A stretch of 64,000 nt of DNA from assembly GCF_037042905.1 (NCBI RefSeq), contig NC_087245.1, forward strand, positions 1,488,001-1,552,000, written 5' to 3'. Shown piece after piece: positions 40,901 to 57,833 of the stretch. This DNA is from Lytechinus pictus. Lineage: Eukaryota. How positions within the stretch are numbered: the stretch's first letter is position 1; each line of letters starts with the position of its first letter. The notes under the pieces are model-generated. The model had not been told where the DNA came from. It did not search any database and worked only from the letters and a program-made list of their open reading frames with translations. A program made the translations under genes and the position numbers.

Positions 40901-43234
40901 GTTTTACCATCTGATGACTGCAAGTGGGCTTACCATGATGGTGTTAGACAATCTGAGAATTAGACCATCTGCTAGTATACCAAGTGGATACAAACCTTGG
41001 TTTCCAACACAAGATATTTTTACTCCAAATATTGTATTTCAAATCATAAATTGAATATTTTCTTATTGAGAAATAACAGAGATAAAGTATGTGTAGTTTT
41101 TAATGGGTGCTGAAATAGATGTTGTCCTTAACTCCCTTTATTACGTATGCTTATGTAACTTATCATGACATTCGAGGAATTGAGAGCTTTGAAGATCAGA
41201 CAGTGATAGCAATCAAGGCACCACCTGAAACAAGACTAGAAGTTCCTGATCCTAAAGAAGTAAGTAGTACTTAGTTCCAGGAACCTACCAAGATGTAAAT
41301 GTTCCAGAAGTTTGTCTACATCAAAAGATTTTCCTGTTAGCCTCATCTTCAACATAGACTGAAACATACCCTCTTGAAAATAACGTAATTTTAACCATGT
41401 AGATGTCAACTCTTTGTCAACTGCAACTTTTTTGTGTTTGAAACCAAAAATAAAAATGAATTAGATGTAGATGAATGTACAATCTTTGGCCTCGTGGGAA
41501 GATCCCTGTGTTTGTATACCTTAGTCAAACCTTGTCTAACTTGAATAATTAGCGAAAGTCAAAGGTCTCATAAGTATTCTTTTCATGTTTTGTTTTGAAC
41601 TAATCATTTAATTAGTTGATTTTTTTCTTAATTGACATTATTTCTTCAATTTCAACATTTAGACAATTTTTTTATCCTCATCTATATGAGAATTCCTTTA
41701 AGTTCCAGGCACTTTATTAGAATGACAATGATGATATTACATTCTTGACCAATTTAAAGACAAGCAAAGTGCTGACCAACCTTTGCCTGATGTCCAAGTC
41801 AGTAGCAATCTTGTAAATGGATGCTAATTTTTTTATTTCATTAACCTGTACCCTTGAAACCCCTTGGTAGAGATTGGGAAAAGAAATAAGAATGTCTTGC
41901 CAAACAGCATTAGTACCTTGAAACCCCTTGGTAGAGAATGGGGATAGAAATAAGAATGTCTTGCCAAACAGCATTGGTACCTTGAAACCCCTTGGTAGAT
42001 AATGGGAATAGAAATATGAATGTCTTGCCAAACAGCATTAGTACCTTGAAACCCCTTGGTAGAGAATGGGAATAGAAATAAAAATGTCTTGTCAAACAGT
42101 AGTGCCATCACAGGTTGTGAAAGGCACATGATATATGATATCCCGCTTCCATTTTGAAGGCGGAAAGGACATTTTCACCGTTAAAGATTCTGTACATGGT
42201 ATATGTTTTTTTTTTATTCATGTGAAAATTTGGCTTGTTGAATAATATATAATATTCTTCCATGATGACTTTCTTCCACAGAGCTCTAATATTCAGATAT
42301 GGCTGAAGAGTACAAGAGGACAGATTGAGGTCTACCTGTGTCCTGATGATAATCCAGATGACAGCAGTTCATCAGAATGTGAAGCTGAATCAAAGAATTC
42401 ATCACCATGCAGCTCAAAGGGTGAGTGCTTGCTCAATCATGGCTTTTAGGCTCGTAGAAAATATTAGCTTGAACAAAAAAGTCATTTCCTATTTTCCTTT
42501 CATAAAAAGAAAATACATTGACTTTAAAGTTGTGATCTAGTAGTGGGGAAAAGTAGTATTTTAGATATTCAAGTGTTTAATTGGATAAAATGAAAAGTGA
42601 TGTCATGCATGGGTATTATAAGATCTAACTTTCAAAGTACTTACTTTCATTTTAGTAAATTGGTATAGAAATGGCTAAATTATTTAAAATAAAAACATTG
42701 AATTTTGTGCATGTGTACCTTGTGTGAAGAACCAATGGGAATCCTGTTCTATTGATTCGTGTCACCAGATTATACAAGATAAATGGTGTCTTATATCAAT
42801 GTTTTCATAGAAATAAGCCAGCATAAGACAGTTGTTTTTATCAGTCTTATGGCAATTATCCTACAGCTCCCATTACTTTGAACTTTTAAGAAATGCCGCA
42901 ATGGCTGCAGATAACCATTTAAGAAAATGTGCTTGGAAATTTTGTCATTCGTTGTCTAAGTGATTCCTTATCAAAGGACTTTTCGAGAGACTCAATCATT
43001 GACCTTTCTGTTGACCTTTGCCCCTTTTCAGGTGACCCTGCATTGAAAGCCACAGCCTTAGAAGAAGATGATCTATCAGCGTTGAGTAGGAGCCTACTAT
43101 TAGAGACTGAAGATCAGAATGGTTTGGATGATGACTTTGTTGCCCTTTCTCCTCCAGCTGTTGATGACTATCTCTTTGCTTTGAATGATAATGAAGGAAT
43201 CTCAGACCTCTTTGATGCCTATGATATATTCTAA
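31995..43234 (+). CDS. E2F3: transcription factor E2F, activator E2F1/2/3 class (E2F3-like), 406 aa
   Basis: Exons 31995-32240, 33326-33440, 34490-34712, 37258-37337, 39302-39401, 41145-41259, 42282-42420, 43032-43234 give one 1221-nt frame. Motifs: cyclin-A Rx[13 protein letters not shown]-binding [13 protein letters not shown]...[15 protein letters not shown]; coiled coil; marked box [10 protein letters not shown]...[18 protein letters not shown]-terminal pocket-protein motif [17 protein letters not shown]. Confidence 0.95.
32631..33218. mobile_element. MITE with ~65-bp imperfect inverted ends, E2F intron 1
   Basis: TGAGGACTTTG...CTTCTTCATCACGAAG versus CTTCGTGATGAAGAAG...CAAAGTCCTCA. Confidence 0.65.
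34906..35599. mobile_element. MITE with 6-bp target duplication GTACTG
   Basis: Termini CAGACCTTCA / TGAAGGACTG; GTACTG at 34900-34905 and 35600-35605; central palindrome ~35060-35340. Confidence 0.75.
36197..36590. mobile_element. TTAA-flanked MITE with degenerate TIR
   Basis: TTAA-AG...CT-TTAA ends; AGTTGCAG / CTACAACT inverted motif. Confidence 0.5.
37891..38670. mobile_element. piggyBac-like MITE
   Basis: TTAA|CCCTATCTAGGC...GCCTAGATAGGG|TTAA; sub-terminal inverted repeats with G and C runs. Confidence 0.85.
39402..41144 (+). other. U12-type (minor spliceosome) AT-AC intron of E2F
   Basis: 5' site ATATCCTTT at 39402; branch site TCCTTAAC 41125-41132; 3' AC 41143-41144; joining restores DNAR-YAYVT. 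Confidence 0.93.
39761..40920. mobile_element. CA...TG TIR element with ~7-bp duplication, containing a nested TTAA MITE (40151-40752)
   Basis: CAGTCAGATGGTAAAAC / GTTTTACCATCTGATGACTG; flanks CAAGCGG / CAAGTGG. Confidence 0.65.
41848..42102. repeat. 64-bp minisatellite, 4 copies
   Basis: Unit GTACCTTGAAACCCCTTGGTAGAGAATGGG...GTCTTGCCAAACAGCATTR. Confidence 0.92.
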
Positions 43235-46200
43235 TAGCTATATGAATTATTAGTTTGCATGTTTTAATTGTTTGAGAGTTTAAGAATTTTATTTGGGTTC
43301 CCAGCCAGCTTCGATATCAGGGAAGGTTTGGAATTCTAGTTTTGGGAAATAGTTGATTTTTAAGAAATACCACTTATTTCAGGGAAAATTGAATTGATTT
43401 GATAATGTAATATGCTGAATATATTCCAAAAATGAATGATTCTGTATCAGTGTATCATCTCTATTTTGAAGAAAACTGAAAAAATTAGAAATGTTTTAAA
43501 AGATAAATGGGGGAAAATATGGATAAGTAATTAGAATCTGTTGAAATATTCAGAGATGTGACATTGGTTATCCTACTACTGCAAATGAAGTACTTTTTTT
43601 TATAAAGTACATTCATCTTTTAAAGAAGTGGATGCTTATTCTTGTATAGAATTACAAATTCTCCTTAAAGAATATACCTTCCAGTGCTGGGAATTTGGTT
43701 TGTAAAGAATGAGTAATAAATTATTATGAAAAAAATGATAAAAAAAAGAAAAAATTATTGTTAATCTTGTAAGAATTTCAATGTCTTAATGAATGAACTA
43801 GGCCCATGCCTTACTATGTATAGGATATATTCATTATCTTGTTCACCTTGATATTAATGTCATATGCTGTTTTTTTCACCAAAATTGAATTAATAACCAA
43901 GTGAACCTGAACACTTGACAATCTTGGTTTCAAGGGATACTATCAGAAATACATTTACTATTTTGAAGTTTCTGTGAAATAACACTAAAAACAAATTCTG
44001 TATTATATTTTCATGCCATTCCATGATACATTCTTCTTTCTACAAATACGTTCTCATTTCTATCATTCCTATTTAAAGTTTGACGGGGAGGGGGTGTGTG
44101 TGATCCATTTTTTGTGCTAAATACATGCATGAGTTTTCCCTAATGATTTAACATAGTCAAACTGGACCTCCTATTACCATCATGTTATCAACAAGAATAC
44201 TAACTGGAGAAATTCTTTGAACAGATAAAATCTGGATAACTTGGTTGGTAGAGCACGAGTCGTGCAAGGGTCCTTGATTCAGTTCCTGATGAAAGCGGTT
44301 TTATTTTCTCACCCTCTTTTTCTAATACGAAAATAATAGCAAAAAGCAAGTTAATATGTGGTACCTTATGCCTAATTCTAGGTATTCCATTCACCTAAAG
44401 GCTATGACTAATGTATGAACTTAAAAGTTAGTCTATAACCGTTTCCAGTTGTCATTCTGGTAAGTCATTAACAAGCTCTCAATCATTTAACAGTTTCTCA
44501 TTAAAAGAGTGTGTGTATCTGGTGTATTGAAGTATGAGATTGAAAAATGTAGTGACAGAGCAGCATACCAGAGTGTGGTATTCTTGAATCATTTTGATTG
44601 ATGGATTAAAGGAAAATAGATCGAAATCACTGGTGCAAAACAAAACTATCCACCAAGTATGAAGTCTGTAATACTAATAACGTCCATTTGCTGCAATGTA
44701 ATATTTCTACATACGGTATGCATTTTCTTAAACAATGGAATTTTTGTTTTGAACAAGTATCAGTGCCTTGTGTGATAAGATGTTGAGTATGCATCAAGTT
44801 GCCTAACTATACACAATTCCATGAATTACTAGTACTATTCATTAAATAATTGCCAATTCATGTCTTAAATTGGTGCTTCATTTTTTTTAATGAAATGCTG
44901 TCACTGTTTTGAGTGCCTGTGCTAAAAGCATCAATAATTGTACTCAATGCAAAACAGTAATGAAGATTCTTTGCAATCTTATTTTTTCAATTTTATTACT
45001 GTGTAATGATTACATAATCTTTATTTCTTCAGCATTCAATTTTTCTATATAAATGGTAAAGTTTGTCATACTTTCAATCATCGGCTATTCAATATATGAT
45101 GCAATTATGTCTTAGATTCAAATTACGTAATGTTTCCCACCCATCATTATGTTGCCTCTATATCCTCTGTGCCTTAAATAATTACTGAATGAGGTAACAT
45201 GTACATGTAAACAAGTTCTATTATTGAATGAAGTATATTGATGTCTGCTCAAAGATTCACATTAACTTAGCTAATGTATGCTACCTACATTGTATTTTTT
45301 TACATGTTATGTTGTTTACACACTGCCGTCTACTCATTTGTCTTTATTTTAAGTCATCAGGAAAGAATCAGTACTTTTTTATATCAAGCAAACTCAGTAT
45401 TTGATTCACATGACATGGTGCAACATTGTTCACTTGTTCTATGTATCAATTGAAATTATTTGAAGACATTGGTTAACGTTACAAAGGTCTTTAAAAAATG
45501 AATCCTGAACTTTGATGTGTGGTTAATTTAATGGTTAATTTATTATTGTTCATATGGAATATAAAAAAAGCTATCCAGGAAGAATTAATGGAGATACTTT
45601 GAAGATATCTGTGACTGGAAACTCATTTAATTTTGATGCTTGGGTTCCAATTGTTACACAGGTTGTATATCATGGAATTCAAGTTGGATGCTGTCACTTT
45701 AGTTTTCACCTTTTTGAACAATTAAATAATGATTTCCAGGTGCAACTTATTTCAAGGCTTCATTTTTCTAACATATCACAGACACAGATAAGAAAGAAGA
45801 CCTTACAGCTCAAATTAATGTTAGCCAATGCCTTTAAGAGTGAATTCTATGTAATGCTGGCCCCATATTGTGTTGTCGCTGGATCGATGCAGGATGTACA
45901 GTTCATATATACATTTATTAATTAAAGATGATTACTTGATGATAATGACAAATACATGAGTAAGTCTGATGGTGACTATACTCTGGAGATGAAGATCATA
46001 TAAATGCTGCAAACTGATGTAGTATACTTTTCTGTAGCTCACAATATACGCAGGAAGAGATCTGTTTCTGCTTTTGACTTCATATGAAAAGGAGAAGTAT
46101 TCTGAAATTATCATGGGGTTCATGCAGTAAAGTAAACATGGAAAAAATGTGAGTCAGAGTAGCAATTGGGTTGAATTATTTATGAAATTAACCTAAGCAG

Positions 46201-47902
46201 CATTAAATTGTGAGTTTGATGAGAAATATTAACAAATACTTGGTAGGTTTTTCCTCCTAAAGCACAGGAGGCATGAGAGGATACAAGTCTTATTCAAACT
46301 ACAAATTCATGATGTTAAATGAAATTCTTCTTAGCAAGTTTACTCTATGTTAAAACGAACATTGCTTGTACCCATCACATTATCTCCGTAAATGTGATGG
46401 AAATGTTGATCAAGAAATGTTTGCCATTGATTATATATTGTAAAAGGAAAATAATGCAATATGAACTGATATACAGTTTTTATATCTGATTCATCATTGG
46501 TAGAGTTTATTGTTAGAAGTTCTTTCACAACATTCCAAATTATTGACAATAATTTTTTTCTGAAGTGATAGATTCATGTCGGATAAAAGGGGATTATTAA
46601 AATGTGATTCCAACATGCTTTTTGCATGAATGGGATCAACTTGTTTATATTAAGATTTTCTAGACAGTAGACACTTTTAACCCTATTTTTTTTGCCTTAA
46701 TTTATTAGCATGAGAACATTTTTTTTTTTGGGGGGGGGACAGTACATACAAAAATTTCTGACTGGGTAAAAGTGAAAATTTATCGCATTTGACTGAAGAG
46801 AAAATATGCAATTGTGTCACTAACTAAATGACTTTGTTAGGAATGTAGAGTGACAAGTGATATGTGCAGGAAAAACAATACTTGTTTCAAGAATTTTCCT
46901 CATAACACATTGGAAGGAACACAAGGTTTATATCACTTAAAGTGATGAATTAAAATTATGTGGTATATGATTTTTACCACCTGGTTATGTATTTTGATAC
47001 ATAGATGTTTTTTGAGGTACGGAGGAGTATGTGAGTTTCAGGTTTATATGAAAGTTGTTACTGTATATGTATAGAGTTTGTATTGTTAGATGTCTCTTTT
47101 GAAAAATAAAACCATAAAAAGGATTATGGACGTGAGAAAACATCTAAACTAACAATTTACGTATGTAATTTTTATTTCAAAGTTTTTAATTTATTTTGAA
47201 ATTATTTACTATCAATATCAAAAGGTGTTACCATCTTCATCAATCAGCACGAATTATCATTCTTTCAAGTAACCAACATCATTCATCATCAAATACTCGT
47301 ATTGAATATATTGTGCAACAAAACAATACAAATATACTCGGCTTTGAGAAAGTATAGAAGGGAATTATTGATCAAAGCTTGGACTGGCAATTTCTAATTT
47401 TTTTGAGGGGCAAATTGCTAGTCCAAGAGAGGAGGAATAATTCCCACTTATTCTTGATTTTCTTTCAAACACCGTGATTGGTAGAATCTGATCAGTGTCT
47501 GTGGTGTTAATTTACCTGGACTGCCCAGTTGAGACAATTCGGTTTCAATGTGTCCGAGGCTCTGAATAGTTTTCACTATTTTTTTCCTGGGCAGAATGGC
47601 GCATTATTTATATTTCATTGAGCATGCACAGTTCTGCTCAGAAAAAAACAAAGTGAAAAACTATCATTTATCACACAATCACTCATTTAGAATACTCATG
47701 AATATTTAAAGAAGGAATATAATTAGAAATAAATCAATTTAAAGGCAATGAATTGGATTTATTACCCTGGCTTTAACTGGAATAGGGCAGTTCCCAATAC
47801 AATATTCTGCATAAGATGACCTATACATCAAATGGTCACTGAAGTGAAGCATTTTTTAAAATAAATTAAAAATATTTAAAAATCTGAAAAAAAAATCATT
47901 AA

Positions 47903-48493
47903 AGATCGAGTCCACCTCAGAAAAAGTAGTTTTGAATCAACAGAAAAATCAGACAAGCATAATGCTGAAAATTTTCATCCAAATCGGATGTAAAATGAGA
48001 GTTATGACTTATGACATTTTGAAATTTTGCTTATTTTTCACAAAATAGTTATATGCACAATTTAGTCACATGCATATGAGAGAATCGATGATGTCCCTCA
48101 CTATTTCTTTTGTTTATTGTTTGAATTATACAATATTTCAATTTTTACAGATTTGACAATAAGGACCAACTTGACTGAACCATATAATGTTAAGCAATGG
48201 TAACGCCACATGTTCAGTGAGAAATGAAACTTTGTTTCACAGGACAATGAGGAGAAAATTAGAATATTTCATATTTCAAATAATAAAATACAAAAGAAAG
48301 TGAGTGAGTGATGTCATCAGTTCCCTCATTTGCATACCGACCAGGATGTGCATATAACTATTATGTGAAATTAAGCGAAACTTAAGAATGTCATAACTTT
48401 TTTTTACATCCGATTTTGATGAAATTTTCAGTGTTGTGCTCGTTGGATTTTTCTTTTTATTCAAATCAACTTGTTGTTGGGGTGGACTTGTCC
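47903..48493. mobile_element. TTAA-target MITE copy
   Basis: Same family as 12029-12450 and 40151-40752. Confidence 0.75.
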
Positions 48494-49110
48494 TTAAAAA
48501 AAATCAGAATTCCAAACTTAGTATGGAGAATATCATGCCCGTTTTCCATAACAGATTAATTCACTCCATTTTACTTTATTTTTATTTCTTAGCAATCACA
48601 TAAAAGTTCAACTAATTTCTTCTGTATTATCATATCAATTACAACCAGACTGTAGAAAGGTTTAAAGAGCAAAGTATTAAGCTTCAACTATAGAGGGAGT
48701 GGCCTCAAAGCATGGTTGGACTAATAAATTTTAAGGTCACCATACACCTACGGTTAGTCTGTGACCTGATTTTGGAATAAAACGTAGCAAAAATTTGATG
48801 CAAATATGGTGCATCTTACAGTTTAAAGTTCTACATCACTGTATGAATACTTACGATGTTCAAATCTGTGACGATGCAACTGGAATAAAAGCGAATGAAT
48901 TTCTAGTCATATGGATGTTAAGCAATTGTACAAATCTGGCCTTTACTCCACAATAATGGCTTGCAATAATCAAAACTTATTATATCAGTATTCTTACAGT
49001 TAATTTGAATTATTCATTCATATTTTCAGAAGATAAGCAAAATTTGATTTGTTCCAAAATCAGATTGTGGACCAGCTGTAAATACTGAGGCCATTGGATT
49101 GATAACTTAA

Positions 49111-49694
49111 AGGAGAATGAAACCCTTGAAACCAGCTGAATCCATATCAAAGAGAAAAATCAAAGAAACATATAGTTGAAAGTTTGAGGAAGATTGAATG
49201 AATAATAAGAAAGTTATGAGCATTTGAATATTGAGATCACTAAAGCCATGTAGATCCTCCCATTGGCAATGCGACCAAGATCTGTGATGTCACACACGTA
49301 CAACTCCCTCATTACTTTAGTACTTATTTCACTTATATTCTCATTTTTATAGAGTCTATCACAAGGTGAGGTGTTCTCTTTATGAGAGGACAAGTACAGA
49401 GGTTTCACAACATTATATCATTGATGAATCGTTTGTCATATGATTAGAATGAGCAAAAAGAGATGTTTTGGGGTATATTTTCAGTGTCCAAAAGGGGAGA
49501 GTTGTTCATCTGTGACATCATAGATCTTGGTCGCATTGCCAATGGGAGGATCTCCATAGCATTAGTGATCTCGACGTTCAAATGCTCATAACTCTTCTAT
49601 TGCTAGTCCTATTTTACTCAAACTTTTGTTGATCTTATTCTTTGATTTTTCTGCTTTCACAAAAGCTAACTTGCTACAAGAGTTTCATTCTCCT
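49111..49694. mobile_element. TTAA-target MITE with long inverted arms
   Basis: TTAA|AGGAGAATGAAAC...GTTTCATTCTCCT|TTAA; arms mirror over ~180 bp. Confidence 0.85.
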
Positions 49695-50744
49695 TTAACT
49701 GGAAGACAAAAAGAAGTACTGAGTTGGGGAAAACGCTGAACTGAACACAGGACAGTCACAAATAGGGAAAAAGGGAAACACAAGTTACCAGAGAAGACAA
49801 TAAAGAACAGAAAAGACCAGAAAACATGTTTGTTATTGGTTATTCAGATTTACCAATATGAATATTTATTGAATGTTGATAAAAATTGCATATTGTTTAC
49901 TTTTTATGTATCTGGTTCACAGCAAGGAGAACCCATTGCAGGAAGATATGCAATCAAATACAACAAAGAATCATATCCAACTCGATTTCAAACCTATTAC
50001 AAGTAGGTATTTTGGACTTGCATTTGATTTTTATTACTTGCCCTAAACCTCTTTTCGTTGTATACCCCATGTCTGATTTGATTGTTATTCCCAAGCATCC
50101 ATGATAATATGATACCTGTATAATCTCAATGGATCTCACAATGCTTTATCTAGATGCTACTAGAAGACCTAATTTCCACATTGGCAATTTGATTTCAATA
50201 TCACTACTACTATTTTGGAGTTTGTGCTCATGGTTTATACCTTGCTTTCCATTTTTACCATCAAGAAACAGAGCACTTGCCCATTAGATGTGACATTTGA
50301 CCTCCACTGTTTATTGGTCACTGACAGTCAAAGCCACTTGACACTGTTCACTGGACATCAAGGCTTGGTGTTGAATATAAGCACTTGCAACAGTTTTGGA
50401 CACCACACTTGACTGATTATTCTTTGGTGTGGATTGTCAGAGCTGCTGGCTCTTAAGCTTCTAACCTCCACAGCTTGGTATTCATAGTAAGTCAAAGGGA
50501 CTGGATACAGAGGACTTGACATCAATTGCTTGGTGTTGAATATCAGCAAACACCACTGGTTCTGGAGCACTGCAGCTAATCTGGTGTTTTTCTGGTGTTC
50601 AGTGTCAAGGCTGTCAATTCTAAAGCTTCTGGCCTCCACTGTTTTAGTGTTCATCTGTAGACAAAGCCACTGGATGAAGAGCACTAGACCTCAATCGCTT
50701 GGTGTTAGTATCAGCAAAATCCACTGGTTTATAGCACTACACCT

Positions 50745-55123
<4,379 letters not shown>

Positions 55124-55298
55124 GGTCTGTAATAAAAAAAGATGATAATTTAAATTGTTTCTTTTCATCTACAAGTTAAATATCAATATTATTTTACTAA
55201 TATTATTGAACTTTGAAGCTCAGTAGAGGCATACGGCCAATGTTGGAGACTCTCTCCCATTCTGGAGATTATATCCTGTACATCAGTATTCAATTTAA

Positions 55299-55900
55299 AG
55301 GGATGGTCCGGGCTGAAAATATTTATATATCTAAATAAAAAGAGTAAAATTCACAGAGCAAAATGCTGAAAATAAGATTAAAATTGGAAAACAAATAATG
55401 AAGTTATTGAATTTTAAAGTTTATCCATATTTTGTGAAAACAGTTATACGCACATCGTCATGAATATTCATTTGGTGGGCTGATTATGTCACATCCCCAC
55501 TTTCCTTTTTCTTATGTTATTACATGAAATCATAAATGTTTCATTTTTTCATACATGTGTAAATGATATTTCTGCATTATGAAATAAGTTGCGGCAATAA
55601 ATAACTAATGCACTTAATCAGTTGTCAATTCAATTGTTTTAGTTTTTGGTAGAAAAAATTTGAATAAACCAAATTTCATATATAATAAAATACAAACGAA
55701 CAAGTGGGGATATGACATCATCAGCCCACCTAATGAATATTCATAAAGACATGCCTATAACTGTTTCACCGGAATAATGCAAATCTTTAAAATTCAATAG
55801 TTTTGTTATTTGTTATCCGATTTTGATAAAATTGTCAGCATTTTGCTCTGTGAATATTACTCTACTTTATCGAGATATATTTCCAGCCAGGACCATCCCT
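55299..55900. mobile_element. TTAA-target MITE (AGGGATGGTCC family)
   Basis: TTAA|AGGGATGGTCC...GGACCATCCCT|TTAA; partial copy at ~34206-34370. Confidence 0.85.
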
Positions 55901-56739
55901 TTAAGAGCCAGTCTCCACTATGCAAGATTTTTTCTGTTTAACATTTGCGTCAGAGGGATTACCATGGTGGCAAAATTACTCCTCTTAACCATATATGCTC
56001 AAGAATTCTCCATCTACTTTTGTTTTCATTTATATTTTGTTATCATGTGGTTTTGACCTAGCTGCAAATTTTGGAGGGGAATTAACTTTCTAGTTCAGTG
56101 TTGTTGCCTATCTCTTTTGCAAAGCATGTCTCCAATATCAGAGATTGTCTCCAAAATTGGAGAAAGACTCAAATATCAGCCATGCGCCTCTACTGCTCAT
56201 ATTTCTTCAAAAGGTTAACCAGACACAGTTCGAATCATTTGCAAGAGGAAATCTTAAAATAAATGTTAAGGACTTTGAGTTTGATGTCTCTTTCTGTATC
56301 CAGTGTAGATCTAGGCCTAATGTTAGACATGCTAGATGCCTGGCTAGTGTCTAGACTTAGACCAAAAGCTTCGGTCTCTGTTAATGTTATGTTGGTTGTT
56401 CCGCTGAACTCGTTGGCTCCACTCACCAAATACAGAGACCGAAGTTCTAGCTCAATCTGTACAGGGACTCGATGGCCATATGTTTATGTATTAAGTTCGG
56501 ATAAAACTGGGAAATGAAGTTGCGCGACAGCCAAAGTAAGTCACTGTGTTTCCCCCTTTGAAGTTTTTTCCCCATTTTGGTGCATTTCAGGCCAAAACAG
56601 AATAATATAATAATCTTTATTTTGGTACAGTTCTTTTTATATATTTTTATGAAATAAAGACAAAAATCGATGAGCCCCGTCGGGGGGATTTTGCATTGTT
56701 AACCCCTAGGGCCTATGCGTGGCTGCACGATAGCGAGCC

Positions 56740-56876
56740 TAGCCTGGACTCTGGTCCTGGAGGCTAGTTTTCTGGGGAGTAAAAGTCATCTACTATACGG
56801 AAGTCGTAGGCTTACTCCAGCCTACGTATAGTAGATGACTTTTACTCCCCAGAAGCCTCCACTCCAGTCCAGGCTA
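56740..56876. mobile_element. 137-bp hairpin MITE with 8-bp target duplication (hAT-like)
   Basis: AGCGAGCC on both sides (56732-56739, 56877-56884); TAGCCTGGAC...GTCCAGGCTA ends; long internal stem. Confidence 0.85.
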
Positions 56877-57169
56877 AGCGAGCCGTCTGTGTACGAGGAG
56901 ACATTAAAAAAAAAATGTTAAAAAACTCCTCGAAACAGATGCCTGCCAGCTCAGCAGCTGTCTAGTCTAGACTATACTAGACACTAGTGGCAAGGCATGG
57001 ATGCTGATCGAGAGATTGAGCTGAGCCTGACTGAGATTTCACAATTAGTGAAACCTCGGCTCAATCTCTCGATCATCCTTGCCTTGCCACTTACCTTAAT
57101 CCAAAATTAAAAGTTTACCCTCCTCGCACCTATCAAGTATCATGCCTATCTGTCACTCTTGAGTCTTGG

Positions 57170-57560
57170 CGTCTTGCTGCTGACGTAACGACCCACTGCC
57201 TCAGATCAGGCTCAGATACCGGTAAATCTGATTAAAAATACTCGTTAAGAGAATCTCCAACTGGTACATGTAATGTACCGTAGTCAATAACCAACCCGCG
57301 GACAACCGCTGATAAGTACATGACATGAGGTGCATATGGCGTCTGGTTGACCGGCCGCGGCAACAGTACCTGGTACAGGCGCAGGCGCGGTTTAAGTACG
57401 GTACCGGTACCTGTACCTAGCGTTACCCGGGCCGGGGGCGCGGGCGAGGGATCCCCCGCAACCACACTCGTCTCGCGATCGATCGCGCCCGTCCTTAATT
57501 TCTTCCGTATTTTATTATCGCGAGGATACCGTACCATACCATCTGAACGGTATACCCATC
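57170..57560 (-). promoter_or_regulatory. candidate ADAT2 promoter or first-exon region (CpG-rich)
   Basis: Local CpG enrichment, TCTCGCGA at 57471-57478, CRE-like TGACGTAA at 57181; lies upstream of the candidate first donor site. Confidence 0.4.
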
Positions 57561-57833
57561 TGAACTGAGCTGAGGCGAGCAAAAGAAAACACTGCAAGAA
57601 TATCCTGCATTTTATATAAGAAGCCGGAATAGCCAGAATGAAATTGGTAAGAAAACCTATCCGACCTCCTGCCGTTATGTTATTGTTGAAGTGTGTGTTT
57701 GTGTGTCTATTAGTTACAGCCAATTAATGATCAGTCAGCTATCAATCATTCACACAAACAACAACATGAATGCTAGCATGTGGGGCTATGTTAATCCAGC
57801 AGATTCAAAGGTTCAGTGGATGATCCTGATAAT

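Noticed and set aside
41848..42102. CRISPR-like array
   Set aside because: Contiguous 64-bp units with no unique spacers, inside a eukaryotic intron; a minisatellite
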